Shown here: positions 1 to 17,569 of the stretch, piece by piece
Layout: each line of letters starts with the position of its first letter
Numbering within the stretch: the first letter of the stretch is position 1
Source of the DNA: the human T2T-CHM13v2.0 reference genome, Homo sapiens
NCBI RefSeq assembly: GCF_009914755.1
Contig: NC_060926.1
DNA: 64,000 bases
Reading direction: 5' to 3' (one strand)
The notes under the pieces: model-generated
What the model was told of the DNA's origin: nothing
Databases searched by the model: none
What the model saw: the letters and a program-made list of their open reading frames with translations, nothing else
Position numbers and translations under genes: made by a program

Positions 1-89
1 CTTGCAGTGAGCCGAGATCGTGCCACTGCACGCCAGCCTGGGTGACAAAGCAAGACTCCGTCTCAAAAAAAAAAAAAAAAAAAAAAGAA
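1..89 (+). mobile_element. Alu 3' end (AluY-like)
   Basis: cttgcagtgagccgagatc...ctccgtctc followed by poly(A). Confidence 0.9.
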
Positions 90-399
90 ATTCATGCTAT
101 AGGAAATGTCACATGGTGTCTCTAGTCTTTTCTATATGTGAGACATAGTTTTTAAGCTTTCATATTAGATACTCTAAAGGAAAGATGTATGGTTAGAGTT
201 GGTAGTTTATACAACTTTTATAGGGAGCTGTGTAGTAGATGTTCCATACAAACCATGTTATTCATAATTACATATTGAAAAGGTTCCCTGTAACCAGGTA
301 CATTATCTATATGAAATGTTAGTAATTTGAAATGTTGAATCTTGCATTTTAACAGTATTTGCTGATTTTTATCTGAAAATATTAATTGGTCTTTATGTT

Positions 400-2880
400 A
401 CCTCTTTTTTGCACACTGTATTTTAGAGAATTATACTGTAACTATATATGACTGTTCAGTTTTAAATTGTAATAGTTAATTATGACTTTTAAACTTCGGA
501 AAGTTTAAAATATTTTTATCACCCTGGAGCTGAAAAGTACTTTAAAAATCACCTGCCTACCTTCCTGCTCTTAGACAATGCTGTGCCTAAGACATCACAG
601 AAAGCTATGGTAATTACCTATATGATTTTTTTAATCTAAAGAAAGAAGATCCTACAAATTGCCCTGAGGCAAGCTCAACACTACACAAATATTTAAGTAT
701 TTGATTATACTGGAAACTATGAAGTTGGGGCATCAGTATGAGGACCTGAATACCTTCTTACCCTCGCCTTTGAATTACCTATAGGGGGAAAACAACTCTT
801 TAAAAAACAACCTAATCTACTCAGTACAAAAGCAAGTATGGCACCAGAATATGAAAGTTCAAGGAAAAAAAGCGTGTACTCTAACAGTGGTGTTTTATCT
901 ATATCCTTCAGGTAATTTTGGAGTTGGGCATATAAGCTGCTAGAATACCTACCTGGAGGAGGAGATGAAATGTTCCATGTGGCCACCTTGTCTCCTTTAG
1001 AGACTGTCACATTCAAAGTATATTGACCACATTAAAAGTACTCGTGGTAGAAAGCAAAGGTGCTGTTTCGTCACCTAAAGGTGAAAACGTGCTGTCTGGA
1101 ACTTCGAAAAACTCAAGTATTCAATAATTTTTATGCCAGTCATGTCCAGCCCATAATTGGGTCTTTCGTCTCCACCTCTCTGCATAAACTGAATGTCCCT
1201 TGTCCTTTTTTGTAGTGATGGCAGTGATGATGCTTGAATTTTGAAGCCATAAATGTGATGTGTTAACCCTAAATGGTCCTCATGTATAGGAGTGTCCTTG
1301 AAAAAAATCTCATCTACCTCATGATTTAATATGATATAGTGTCTCTGGCAGTAGATAACCCAGCTTTTCTTTCTTTCTTTAATGTTACTTGTAACAAAAT
1401 CTTTAGTCACCAAATCTAGTGACTCTTTAAAGAATGTTAATATCAGAAAGGTTTTTTGTTTCCTTTTTTTAATGGTGAGAGGGCAGTGGTTTTTAGTTGC
1501 ATAGGATAAAAATTCCAGGACTGTATCCTAAGATTTGCTGGTTAAATAATTATAAAGACCATTGGATTGTGTTTTATACTGGCAGTTGTCTGGAGACTAT
1601 ATAAACTGTATCGCTGGGAAGAAATGTGGATGTAGTTGTTGTGAAACAGCCTAAAACAAGCTAGTGATTTATAAATCTTAGGGTTTTTGTTCTATTTTGT
1701 TTTTGGCAAGAGTGGTGGTCAATGAAGCATTTGAAGGTGTTTCTCTGCAACCTTACTAACAGATTGTAAAGAAATGACCATATCCTGCCACATATAGGTG
1801 TTTTTCAAACAGATGTTAGTATGAAGACACAAAACAATGTATTACAACCTGTTCTTTAATGTCTATGAAAGAAGCTTTGAGTTCACTTTCATTTTGGGCA
1901 TACCAACCATCACCCTTCATGAAAGGCTTAGTAGAACTAGATGAGATCCACAGCATTCACAGGGTCACTTTCAGTTATCCTTTTAGTCAACATTGGACAA
2001 GAAGAAATGCTTCCAAACCAATGACTAGTTAGTTACAGGACTATTAAGGAATCAACCCTGGGCACCACCTCTAAGAGAAAAGTTACAGACCTTGCTGGAT
2101 TTTTATATCCTGTTTATTCAAAGGTTTATAACTATACAATATTTTATCTAATTCACAATTTTTTGATGATGTATTTTAATTTCACCAGTGAAAGCCCATT
2201 TCTAACATTCATCTTGTTAACCACTAAGCTATTCATTTTACCAATAAACCTCACTTCTGATATTCACTATGCAAATTACCGATGTCTCAAGTGTTGATCA
2301 CGATAGGGATAAAAGAAGTACTTGTGGTCGCTGCTTCTGGAGTATAGCCGTCTGATACAGTGCTCCCTTGACATGGCTCCTCAGTTAGGACTGCTGACTG
2401 CCTCTGGAGTTTGAAGTTTAACTAACTGATACATTTATATCAATCACACCATCTATACTGAAGTGTTGTGAGTATATTACAGACATCATGACAGGACTGT
2501 TGCTAAACACTTGAAATGGTGGAAATAATGTAATACATCCCTTCTTTCAGGTGGTTATGTGTTTAAATTTTTTTCAAAATGCATTTGATCAACATTTAAA
2601 AATACGTGCTTTCAGTTCACTTATTTATTGATACTCTTCATGAGAGAATTCAAGAGCTAGATCTGGCTTTTAATTTTTTTATACAACTCTTAGTAAATTT
2701 ATTACAAATACTTAAAATCATGCTTACATGTCTGTAATTAAGTAGCATAATTAAACTAAATTTTGTTATTTGTAGCCATTTCTGTTTCATAGAGTTTGTA
2801 TATTTAAATTTCACAAGCAAGTTGGTTTGTTGTATATTTCTTAACTAGAGACCAATTTCACTCATTATCTTTATAGAATA
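400..2880 (-). pseudogene. Degenerate PKD-domain end + REJ module of a polycystin-1-like pseudogene
   Basis: Minus-strand frames give, in order: SQHFSIDGVIDINVSVS, VLTEEPCQG, LETSVICIVNIRSEVYW, LLEVVPR..ITESDP, LWISSSST, FTIC**GC, LGDETAPLLSTT, GQYTLNVTVSKG..SPPPG..KDIDKTPLLEYTLFF..FPPIG. These are collinear with remembered PKD1 REJ motifs (SYDP, FHWAC, LECVSC, LDETTTST, YTFTLTV, RPPLGG, PLVYALLL, LPPG). Confidence 0.7.
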
Positions 2881-2886
2881 AAATTT

Positions 2887-3085
2887 GTACATTCATTCAC
2901 CAATTTATTAAGCATCTCCTATGTGCTGAGATTTGTACTAAAAAATATAATTCCCAAACTTTAGTGTGCATTGGACTCATCTTGAGAATGTTAAATCGAA
3001 AGTGAAATCTAGGACTCTGCCTTTTAACAAATATCCCAGGTGCTGCTGATGCAGTTGGTCACAGGATATACTCTGAGGAACGCAG
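2887..3085. mobile_element. L2 3' fragment followed by MER5A-like hAT MITE
   Basis: cattcattcaccaatttattaagcatc (L2 tail); ttttaacaaatatcccaggtgctgctgatgc (MER5). Confidence 0.6.
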
Positions 3086-3250
3086 CCCAAGAGATAACTG
3101 TTTAACCACTCTGAACACCTTCCTAGAAAAGGCTCACAGCCTGTGGAGGCAAACAAGAAAACAGAACTAATAACTGATATCATATAGGATCAGGTGCAAC
3201 GAATTCTAACTCTGGCTGAGGAACTTTTTAGAATATTTGATACCTTAACC

Positions 3251-3498
3251 CATGGTTCTCAATGAATGTAGTGGTGGGTAGAGTGTGGAACATTTTTTTC
3301 CCCGGGGGAATATTTGGCAATGTCTGGAGAAGTTTTTGAGAGTCATGTCTTGCTGGAGGAGGGGCAGGGTATGCCACTGGCCATCTAGTGGGTAGAAGCC
3401 AGGGATGCAGCTAAACACTCTATGATGCATAGGAAAGCCTCTCACAACAAAGAAGAATTTAGTCCAAAATGCCAGTAGAGCTATTGCTCAGAAATGTT
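3251..3498 (+). mobile_element. MER20 (hAT-Charlie)
   Basis: tggttctcaa..ttggcaatgtctggaga..ggccatctagtgggtagaagccagggatgc. Confidence 0.8.
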
Positions 3499-3768
3499 GT
3501 CTTAGCTTATTTTTCTGCCTCTCACCTTAATGTCTGTTGTTCCCCTTCCCCATACACACATACTTTTGAGAAAGTTACACAGTTTTAAATAAGAATAAAT
3601 GATGTTAAATATGAATAGATGATTATTATAAAAGATATAAACAATAAAGAAACGTATAAAGTAACAAAATGAAAGTTCTCCCTCACCCACACAGTCCTAG
3701 ACATTTAAAATGATATTACACACACATATGTGTATTTAAAGGTTGTTAGGTTTCTGTTTTGTTCTTAA

Positions 3769-4086
<318 letters not shown>

Positions 4087-4869
4087 TAGAGATCATACTT
4101 AACATGTTGTTTTGTGACTTGCTTTTCTTCCTTCACAGTGTACAATTGCTGTACAGTGAGTGCCACGTTAGAGTACAGATGGATGTACTGTAATGATTTA
4201 ACTGTTCTTCTGCAGGTGGATGTTAAGATTGTTTCCAGTTTACTTGATAGTGTTATGAATAGCACTGCATTGGGCACAGAGTGAGACCCTGTCTCAAAAA
4301 AAAAAAAAAAATTTATGCACACGTGCATGATAGATTCCCAGATACTGGAATAGATTCCCAGAATGGAACTGTTCAGTCAAAAGGGACAGTTATTTTATTT
4401 TGATAGTTTTATTGCTGAAAGAATATCCCCATAACAGGCTATAACTGTTTATATTCCCACCAACAGTGATTGAAATGCCTGTTTTTCACACCCTCAGCGA
4501 TGCTAGCTATTACCACATTTCTTAATTTTTGTCACTTCGATGGGTGAAAATGCTATCTAATCATTATATCATCATTATATCTCACCATTATAATTTTATT
4601 TCCCTGATAATTAGTGATGTTGAGCATCTTGTTATATGTTTATTAGCCATGCATGTTTTTCTGTGAATTGTTCATGCCCACCCATTGCCAACTTTCAATT
4701 GAAATAACTGCATTTTTCGTACTTATTTATAGATCCTTATGTGTTCTATACATTGCTTGTTATATATCTTGCAGATATTTTCACCCTGTCATTTTTTCAG
4801 CATTGCAAATAGTGCCTTTCATCACACAGCAAGCTTTCAGTATTTATACGTTCAAATTTGTGTCTTTTA

Positions 4870-5130
4870 TGCGGTACAGTGTAGTGGATAAATGTACAAG
4901 TTGTAGAGCCAGATTGCCTGTGTTAAGATTTCAGTTCCTCCACTCACTAGCAATGTAACCTTAGGCAAGTTTTGTAATCGTTTTGTGCCCAGTTTTCTAT
5001 CTTTAAAATGGGAGTAGTAATACTATCTACTTCCTAGGATTGTTTTAAGGAACAAATGAGATATTACAGTAAAAGACTTAGACTACTGCCTGACAACTAG
5101 TAAGTACTCTATAAAAAGTAGCTCCTATTG
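4870..5130 (+). mobile_element. MIR
   Basis: tgtaaccttaggcaagt..ctttaaaatgggagtagtaatactatctac core. Confidence 0.8.
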
Positions 5131-5739
5131 TTATTTCTTCTGGTTTTATGCCTTATTTAGGAAGGTCTTCTGTGCCTCAAAAATGTAAAGATGTGTCACC
5201 ACAGAAAAAATAGTTTGGCACAATTTTATCAGAGTATGGGATGCCTTTGGGGGAGAGACAGTTGATTTTCCTCATGTGGAATCAGAGACAGTGCTGCAAA
5301 GAGCTTTGCTATGTTAAAGAGTTTGAACTTGATTGTGGAAGCAGAGAAAAAAAACCTTGACAAATTACAAGCAAGAAAGAGTTGTATAAAAGATTCCTGC
5401 ACTTCTCAATTCATGATGGAAGGAGAAGATTGTTCAGTAAATGGTACTGGGACTATTTGGGAAAAAATTACCTCCTCACCTCACTACAAAAGGAATTATA
5501 AGTGGATGAGAAAGTTTGTTGAAGAAAATCAATCAAAACTAAAAGAGAATAGAAGTGAATATTTATTAAATCGGTGGGTAAAGAAAAAACAGTGGAGAAG
5601 AAATCACAAAGGAAAATATAGATAGATTTGTTTACATAAAAATAAAAACTAACGTATATTTAAAATCATATTAAGACTCATTTTTGGCCAAGACCCACTT
5701 ATTGATGGGAGTATAAATTGGTATTGTATAAATTGGGGA

Positions 5740-6097
5740 TTGGGAGTACCAATCCCCAGCCCTCAGGCCATGGATTGGTACTGGTCCGTGGCCTGTTAGG
5801 AACCAGGCTGCACAGCAGGAGGTGAGTGGTGGGCAAGCAAGCTTTAATTCCCGAGCTTTGCCTCCTGTCAAATCAGTGGTGGCATTAGATTCTCATAGGA
5901 GTGTGAACCCTATTGTGAGCTGTGCATGCAAGGGATCTAGGTTGCACGCTCCTTATGAGAATCTAATGCCTGATGACCTGAGGTGGAACAGTTTCATCCT
6001 GAAACCATCCCCTGCCCTTCACCCCAGCCCTGGTCCTGGAAAATTGTCTTCCATGAAACTGGTCTCTGGTGCCAGAAAGATTGGGGACAGCTGTTCT
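5740..6097 (+). mobile_element. MER1B-like hAT element
   Basis: ggtactggtccgtggcctgttaggaacc..tggtgccagaaagattggggacagctg. Confidence 0.85.
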
Positions 6098-6583
6098 AGA
6101 GGACAAATGGTAGTCATATAAAAAAGTTTTTAAAGTATACATGTTTTGGATCCATTTATTTGACCAACAGAAATTTATGTTAAGAAAGTAATTTAGGATC
6201 AATGTGAAGAATTGACTAAGAATTTTTCATCTAGTTATCACTTATGAAAAATTGAAAACAACCCAAATGTCCAAAAATATGGGATTAGTTAAATTATGTC
6301 CATAAAATGGAATATTGCCATTCTAAATTATATTATGGTATGGTATTTATTGATACAGAACTATATTTATTATATTTAATTTAAAAAGCAGTTTGCAAAA
6401 GAATGTATCCAATATATGATCCAGTTTCTTAAAAATAAATACAAATAAAGTAGAAAAACAACAAAATGTAAAAATACATATCTTTGGTGGACTTATGTAT
6501 AGTCTTGTTCTTTATGTCTTTGTATTTTCTTTTTTTTTTTTTTTTACAGTGAACCTGCATTACTTGTGTCTGTATATTTATTC

Positions 6584-10454
<3,871 letters not shown>

Positions 10455-10559
10455 CTACTGTGGTTACTGTGAGAACCTGATCAAGCTCTTGGAAGTAAAA
10501 CTCACAAAAGCATGGGGTTGCCGTGTGACCTTATCCCCCTGGAGTTTTTTTGTTTTTTG

Positions 10560-10870
10560 TTTTTATAATTTCAATTTTTATTTTAGATTCAAGGGGTACA
10601 TGTGCAGGTTTGTTGCATGGGTAGATTGTGTGATGCTAAGGTTTGGGGTATGGATCCTGTCACCCAGATAGTGAGGATAGTACCCAATAGGTAGTTTTTC
10701 ACCTACCACCCTGTCACTCCCCCAACTAGTAGTCTGCAGTGTCCGTTGTTCCCATCTTTATGTCCATGTGTACTCAATGTTTAGTTCCCACTGATAAGTG
10801 AGTACATGCAGTATTTGGTTTTTGTTCCTGTGTTAATTTGCTTAGGATTTTGGCCTTCAGCTATATCCAT
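10560..10870 (-). mobile_element. Old L1PA/L1PB 3' end
   Basis: ggggtacatgtgcaggtttgtt..catgcagtatttggtttt. Confidence 0.8.
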
Positions 10871-12949
10871 GATTTGTCTACACCTAGCCTCTACAAAATA
10901 CCTCCAAAAAAAATTTTTTTTTGCTGTCCTGTACAAAACTCAGAAATACCAAAAATACGTTCAACATAAAGATATTCACTGTACCACCCTTTCTAAGAGT
11001 GACAAACTCAAAGGGACATACATGTTTAATAATAGGGAATGGTTATGTAAATTTGTGGTAGAACCATATTACAGAATGATACACAACTTCTAAAATTTAG
11101 GTTTACAAAGTTCTAATGTTAAGTTTAAAAAATTAGATTTTTATAAGTGGTATCGTGTGAACTATTTTTAAAAGACTAGAGAAAATATCTCAAAATATGT
11201 ACAGTGGTATCAACAAGTTGGTAAAGTTTTAAGGGATTCTTTTTTGTACCTCTCCGTATATTTATAATTTTCTGTGGTGAATTTTCTTATGTAATCAGAA
11301 AAAAAGTATAGCATTAAAAGAAAAGATGATCTCCCTTACAGAATCACGGAAGATGAAACCGAGGTGTGTGTGAGACTAGAGAAAGGGAGACATGTCCAGA
11401 GGCTTTAGCCTAGTGTGCTCACGGATGATGAGGCTTGCTTGAATTTAGGGAGAAGTGACAGTAGAGATGGGAAGAAGAGTCCAGATTCTGGAGAGATTTA
11501 GCAGTTAGAGCCAACTTGTTTTGATGAGTCTTGAGATTGAGAGGCTTGATGGTGGTATAATTCACTAAGATGAGAAACTAAGAGGAGAAACAGCTTAAGG
11601 AGTGGAGATGAGTTCAGTTTGGCTATGTTGAGTTTGTAATGTGGGTAAAATGAGCAATGGGCACTTGGGTGCTTAGATCGGGAGCTCAGGGATAGGTCTG
11701 TCTAGTCCTGAAGATTTAGGAGTCATTATCAGCACATGCATTCAAGTCCAGGCCGTGGAAGATGTAATACTTGGGTACCAGGTCTTATTTAAACTAACAG
11801 ATTATTATATTTCTCTCAGAACATCTAATGGAAGCTAAGTTTAAGATCTGCTAGTTTTGTTTTTTGTTTAAGGTTAAATAAACAACTGCATAAAATAGTA
11901 TGACTAAACTTTTTGTTGCTTTCTTTTGGGAACAGGGGAAGGGATTCATATAAACTTCCCTTAGCAACTTTGTAGTCAACTGGAGGTTAGGGTTGCTTTA
12001 ATAATTTTTTTTGTTTTCAATTTGGACATTCTACAACCCATTTAGACCTTTCACCTAAACACTTTAAGTTGTATTTTAATGTATATCTGTAGTTTCCTTC
12101 TAAGAAGGTTGAGGATTTTTATTTGGATTTTTTAAGACAAAAGCTAGATTTTATTCTAAAATCAATATAATTTTTATAATGTTTATGAGTATGTATCTGA
12201 ACCAATTTTTAATGTTGATTCTTTCTCTTTTACATTTGTGCTACCAAACTCTCTTCCATCCGACCATCTAAGTTGGTTATTTTAGCTGATATGGTTTCTA
12301 ATTAAGTCTTTTTGGTTGAGAGAGCTTCCTGTGGCATGTCTGCTTCAGCATTTAATTGCTCCATGGACTCCAAATTAAATTTTATAGTATTCCATTTTGG
12401 TCTGCTGATGAAGCAGAGATGTTTTCAGCGTGGCCTGAGAAATGTGGTACTTGTGACAGCTTGGAGGACCAGCATCACAGTTTTGAAAAGTAAGAACTGT
12501 TTAACTTATAGATTGTCTTTTTATCATTTGACAGTAGAATTTAAAGTGTTATCACAGAGTTAAATGAGAGAATGCCAGGCCCATAATAGGCTCTTATTAA
12601 TGATTTATAGAATAATGCAGAAATCATTAGTCTTGATAGTATAGCATGTCAAATTATTTTGTTTCAGAAAGAGTGAAGTCTTGAGAGTTTTTAGGTTGAA
12701 GTTGAGTGAAAAGTACCCACAAACAAATTTTATAACTGTTAGGTACAGCATAAGGTGTTCTTGCATTGGGGTGACAAGTTGGATTAAAAAACTTCTAAGG
12801 TCTCTTCTAATGATTTTGATTCTTGAGTCAGTAGAGAAAGTGGATATTTACAAAAATAATTGGGTGTGTGAATTCTTTACATTTTGAAATAATTCACATA
12901 ATCATGAGACAGAGGACAAGATCTGATCCACTGAGACTTTTAAGTCCAG

Positions 12950-15527
12950 TGCTGTGGTTTGAATGTATCCCCCAAAGTTCTTGTGTTGGAAATGTAATCC
13001 CCAATGCAACAGTGTTGAGAGGTGGGACCTTTAAGAGGTGATTAGATCATGAGGGCTCTACCCTCACAAATGGATTAATATTATTATGGGAGTGGGTTCT
13101 GTATGGTGAGAGTGAGTTTGTTATAAAAATGAGTTTAGCCCCCTCTTTCTCTTGCTCTCATGCTCACTTTCGCTTTTCACAAGCTCTCTTGCCCTTCCAC
13201 CTTTCACTTTGCGATAATGCAACAAGAAACCCCTCACCAGATGCTGGCTCCTTGAGTTGGTGTTTTTAGGCTCTAGAACTGTGAGCCAAATAAGTTTCTT
13301 TTCTTAATAAATTACCCACTCTCTGATACTCTTGTTACAGCAGCAAAAAAAAATGGACTAAGACAGAAAATTGGTACTGAGAAGTGAGATTGTGGCTATA
13401 ACAAAAATACTTGAAAATGTGAAAGTGGTTTTGGAGCTTGGTGAAAGGTAGAGGCTGGAAGAATTTGGTGAAGCAGGCTAAAAAATGCCTAGATTCCTAT
13501 GAATAGAGCATTGAGAGTAGTTTTGGTGAGGGCTCGGGAGAATACAAGAGCTGTAGGGAGAGCCTAGCTCTTTTTAGAGGTTATTTCAGCTGTGATTAGG
13601 ATGCCAGTAGAAATGTGGACAGTAAAGGCTATTCTGAGGAGGTCTCAGAGGGAAATGAGGAAGAAGGTATTGGGTACTGGAATAAAGACCATCCTTATTA
13701 TGAAGTTGCAAAGAATTTGGCTAAATTATGTCTATGTCCAAGGGCTTTATGGAAGGTAAAATTTAAGAGTAATGAACTAGGATATCTGGCGGAAGAAGTA
13801 ACTAAGCAAAATATTCGAGGAGATGCATCGGGACTTTTCACTGCGTGTAGTGAGATGTGAGTGGAGAGAAATTATTTAAAGACAGAATTTATAATTAAAA
13901 GGAAAGCAGAATACAAAAAGTTGGAAGATTCATAGCCTGGCCATTTGAAGAGTGAAAAGGCATCTTTAGGAGAGCAAACTAAGAGTTTAGCTAAGCAACC
14001 ACTTACTAAGGAGATTAGTACATTTGCTAAAGAGAGTACAACTAGAAGGGAGCCAGGTGCTATTCATCAAGATAATGAGAGAATAACCCCACAAGCAGTT
14101 TGATATTCCAGGCTGCCTGTCCCATCACAGGCTCAGAGCTCTAGGAGGGCAGAATGACTTCAGGGGATGGGCGTGGGGTGGCCTTAACAGGCTTACTGCC
14201 CAGGGCCACCTCAGTATTCTGTTCCCTGAATTCCAGCTCAGTGATTTTTAGCCACCCCAGCCATGGCTGTGGTTCAAGCAGGCCAAGGTACTGCTTGTGC
14301 TGCATCTCTGCAGGCTCAACCGGTAGGCCTTAGTGGCATCCATGTGATGTTAAGTCTGCAGGCCTGTAAGAATGCAAGAACTTTGGGGGCATGGATACCT
14401 CTACCTAGATTTCAAGGGATGTCATGGATAGCCTGGGGGCCCAGGAAGAAACTTGTTCCAGAGGTGAAGCCACCACAGAGAGTCCCCACTAGGGCAGTGT
14501 CTGGTGGAGCCATGGGAGCAAGGTTACAGCAGAGAGTCCTCACCAAGGTGATACTTACTGGACTGTGGGGGTGAGGCCACCTGAGATACGCCAAAACTGT
14601 GAGCTACCACTGTGCAACTCCAGCCTGGGAAAGCTGCAGGCGTGAAACTCCAACACATGAGAGCTGCTGGGTGGACTGAGTCCAGCAAAGCCATAGGGGC
14701 AGGGTTGCCTGAGGCCTATCCCTGTGGCTTTGCTCATGTGCCCCAGTGTGCCTAGGATGTGGAATGTGGAGCCAAAAGCGATCATTCTTTAGCTTTAGGA
14801 CTTAATGTTGTTTTCCTTGTTGGGTTTTAGACTCTCTGGGAACTAGTTACTCCTTTCTTGTTGCCTATTTCTCTCTTTTGAAATGGGAATGTCTATACTG
14901 CATCTGTCCCACCATTGTATTTTGGAAGTAGATGACTGGTTTAATTTCACAGGTTCACATCTGGAGAGGAATTTGCCTTATAGTGAATCATGCCTTGAGT
15001 CTCACCAATATCTGCTTTAGATGAGACTCTAGACTTTGGACTTTTGAATTAGTGCTGGAACCGGTTAAGACTTTGGGGTTATTGGGATGGAATGAATGTA
15101 TTTTGCATGTGAGAAAGACATGAATTTTGGGGGCTGTGGTGGAATGCTGTAGTTTGAATGTGTCCCCCAAAGTTCCTGTGTTGGAAAAGTAATCCCCAGT
15201 GCAACAGTGTTGAGAGGTGGGAACTGTATGAGGTGAATAGATCTTGAGTCCTCTGCCTTTATGAATGCATTAATTTCATCATCTTGAGAGCATGTTCTTT
15301 ATTGGGAGAGTGGGTTTGTTATAAAAGCAAGTTTGGTCCCTTATTGCCTGCTCTCTTGTCCTTTGGCATTCTGCCATGGGATGACACAGCAAGAAGATTC
15401 TCACAAGATGCTGGCCCCTTGACATTGAACTTCCTGCCCTCCAGAGCTGTGAGAAATAAATTTCTTTTCTTTGTAAATTACTCAGTCTCTGGTATTCTGT
15501 TATAGTAGCACAAAATAGATTAACACA
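12950..15527 (+). mobile_element. Full-length MST-family MaLR (LTR 12950-13365, internal region, LTR 15145-15527)
   Basis: Two TG...CA LTRs beginning tgctgt(g/a)gtttgaatgt; flanks tccag / gccag (5-bp TSD with one mismatch). Confidence 0.9.
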
Positions 15528-15733
15528 GCCAGCATTAATCTACTCACATATTCTTAGAATGCCAATCAGAATTATGGTTGCCCATCACTTTATTTTGTGG
15601 TACCCTGATTCAGTAGTACTCAGAACAGAACTTAAGAGTTCTGATGGATAAGGGCATGAACAGAATCAGGCACTAGACTGAGACTCTAGAAGGGTATGGT
15701 GCTGCAAGCAGTGATTTATTATCAGGTACTTAC

Positions 15734-15990
15734 TATTGGCCTATGGTGATGTTAAGGCATAGCTTCTAAACAGACAAAACAACAAAGGCATGACGTGTTG
15801 CATTGGTAATCACAGGTCCACATCTAGAGAATTCCAATAAAATAAATTTGAAACAATACTACATTGAAGACTTCAGGTCAAAGTGAGACAGGTGAACTTT
15901 GTTGTGATGTTTATAAAAATGCTCAGTTCTGTTCTTATCAAATTTAAATGAAGAATTCTGCTTTTGGAAATGTGATGGGCTAGATAGCAT
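15734..15990 (-). pseudogene. PKD-repeat fragment of the polycystin-1-like pseudogene
   Basis: VSNLFYWNSLD, then after a frameshift GPVITNATRHAFVVLSV*KLCLNIT (PKD pattern WxFGD..HxF..GxY.L). Ends at a minus-strand donor ATA|GTAAGT at 15733. Confidence 0.55.
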
Positions 15991-16439
15991 GAATAATCCA
16001 TATTGGAAAATAGCTAAAAATAGGTACAATATGAAAAAAATCTTTTAAAATGCATCCCTGAAATGGCACTTATAGAAGCAATCCAAAGACATAAAACAAT
16101 AATAGTAATAACTGGAAGGGGAAGTCCAGAAGATAAGGGTTCATCATAGCTTTCCCACTGAAGGTTTCTACTGAACCTATGATTTACTGCTTTTACCTCT
16201 CCATGGAGATGTAGAAAAAGTCTAGCATCTCCCATTTCTCCAAGGTGGAAGGTCTAATAAGACCCCCTTGTTGCATAAAGCTAAGACCCCAGATTTGTAC
16301 TATCACTGTAAGGATGAAGAAGAAATAAACTCACTGCATAGAAACGAATGAGGAAATCTGCCACTTCTATTCTTAGCATTAGTTGGTCAAGGCAGTATCA
16401 CCCTTGAAAATTTATAACCAGGAGCTAGCCCTCACATGG

Positions 16440-17565
16440 GTTTCATTTAAGACTGTTCTTGATGTGGTAAAATTATTAATTTCATTACATGTCAACACTA
16501 GAGTATTAGTCTTTTTAATATGCTGTGTGACAAAATGAAAAGTATGCATAAAGAAATTATGCTGCATTGCAAAGGAGAAAGTTTTTCAAGAAAAAGCACT
16601 TGTCCGATTACTTGAACTTTAAACTAAAGTAGCCACTTTTTTCCTGGAACACCACTTTTTACTTGAAAAAACTAACTGTGGTTATTCACCCTTGGGTATT
16701 TGGCAAATGTTTTATTGAAACTGAGCAAAGTGAGCCTGCCACTTAAAGGTGGGCAATTGAAATTATATGTCAATGACAAAGTTTGAGCTTTCAATTGAAA
16801 ATTAGAGACCTTGAAATTGATAGTTTCCCAGTGCTTGAAGATTTTTCTGATGGAATAGGTGAAGATATAAACAAATATGATTTTTTGGAGGTATTATATA
16901 CTGCAGTGTGTCAATATCTGCATAATTCAGAGAATCAATATTTTTCAAATGACTATAATGTTGCAAAGTCACGCCTGGATAAAAGATTCATTCAGTATGC
17001 ATGATAGAGCAATGGATTTTAATGTAACAGTTTAAGAAGTTCATTGATAAAGTTTCAGCCTCTATATTACCATTAGCCTTTAAGAAACTACTACTTGTTG
17101 AGTTTCGGTATAAAATCAAATACGAAGACTTGAAATTATCTGAAAAGAATAATTAAAATACTCCCATACTTTTCCAGCTACATATCTGTGTGATACTTGA
17201 TTTTTTTCTTCATATACTTCAACCAAAACAGTCTGTATTACACAGATTGAATATAGGACTAGAGCTGTCTGTCAAACCAGACTTTAAAGAGACTTTAGAG
17301 AGAGATAAAGACATTGAAGAGATTTACAAAAATGTGAAATAGAGACACTCTTCTTATTAAATTATTTTCTATAGAAAGTATATTTATTCTTCATAAAACA
17401 TGTTAATATATGAACTTGTTATTTTTAAATGAATGAAATGTTTTCTAGATTGTTAGCTTTTAATAGAGTAAATATTGATAGATACAACCCACATAAACAG
17501 AAGCTCTTTGGAGTTCTCAAATAAAGTGTATAAAGGGTCTTAAGACAAAAACCCTTGAGAACTGT
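16440..17565 (+). mobile_element. Charlie1-like hAT transposon relic
   Basis: Decayed hAT transposase-like text; ends aaacccttgagaactg. Confidence 0.65.
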
Positions 17566-17569
17566 TAGT

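Noticed and set aside
400-2600. Endogenous mononegavirus/bornavirus L-gene fossil (SRGSQQS*LRSH like RGxxxxYLGSxT; SGAIL like the methyltransferase glycine motif)
   Set aside because: Key catalytic residues are absent and many ad hoc changes are needed. The REJ reading explains more landmarks in order and fits the other islands. A tBLASTn with L proteins would close the question.
12240-12500. Coding-like minus-strand stretch as another relic exon
   Set aside because: LETISAKITNLDGRMEE resembles an L1/HAL1 ORF1 coiled coil, with no clear PKD motif.
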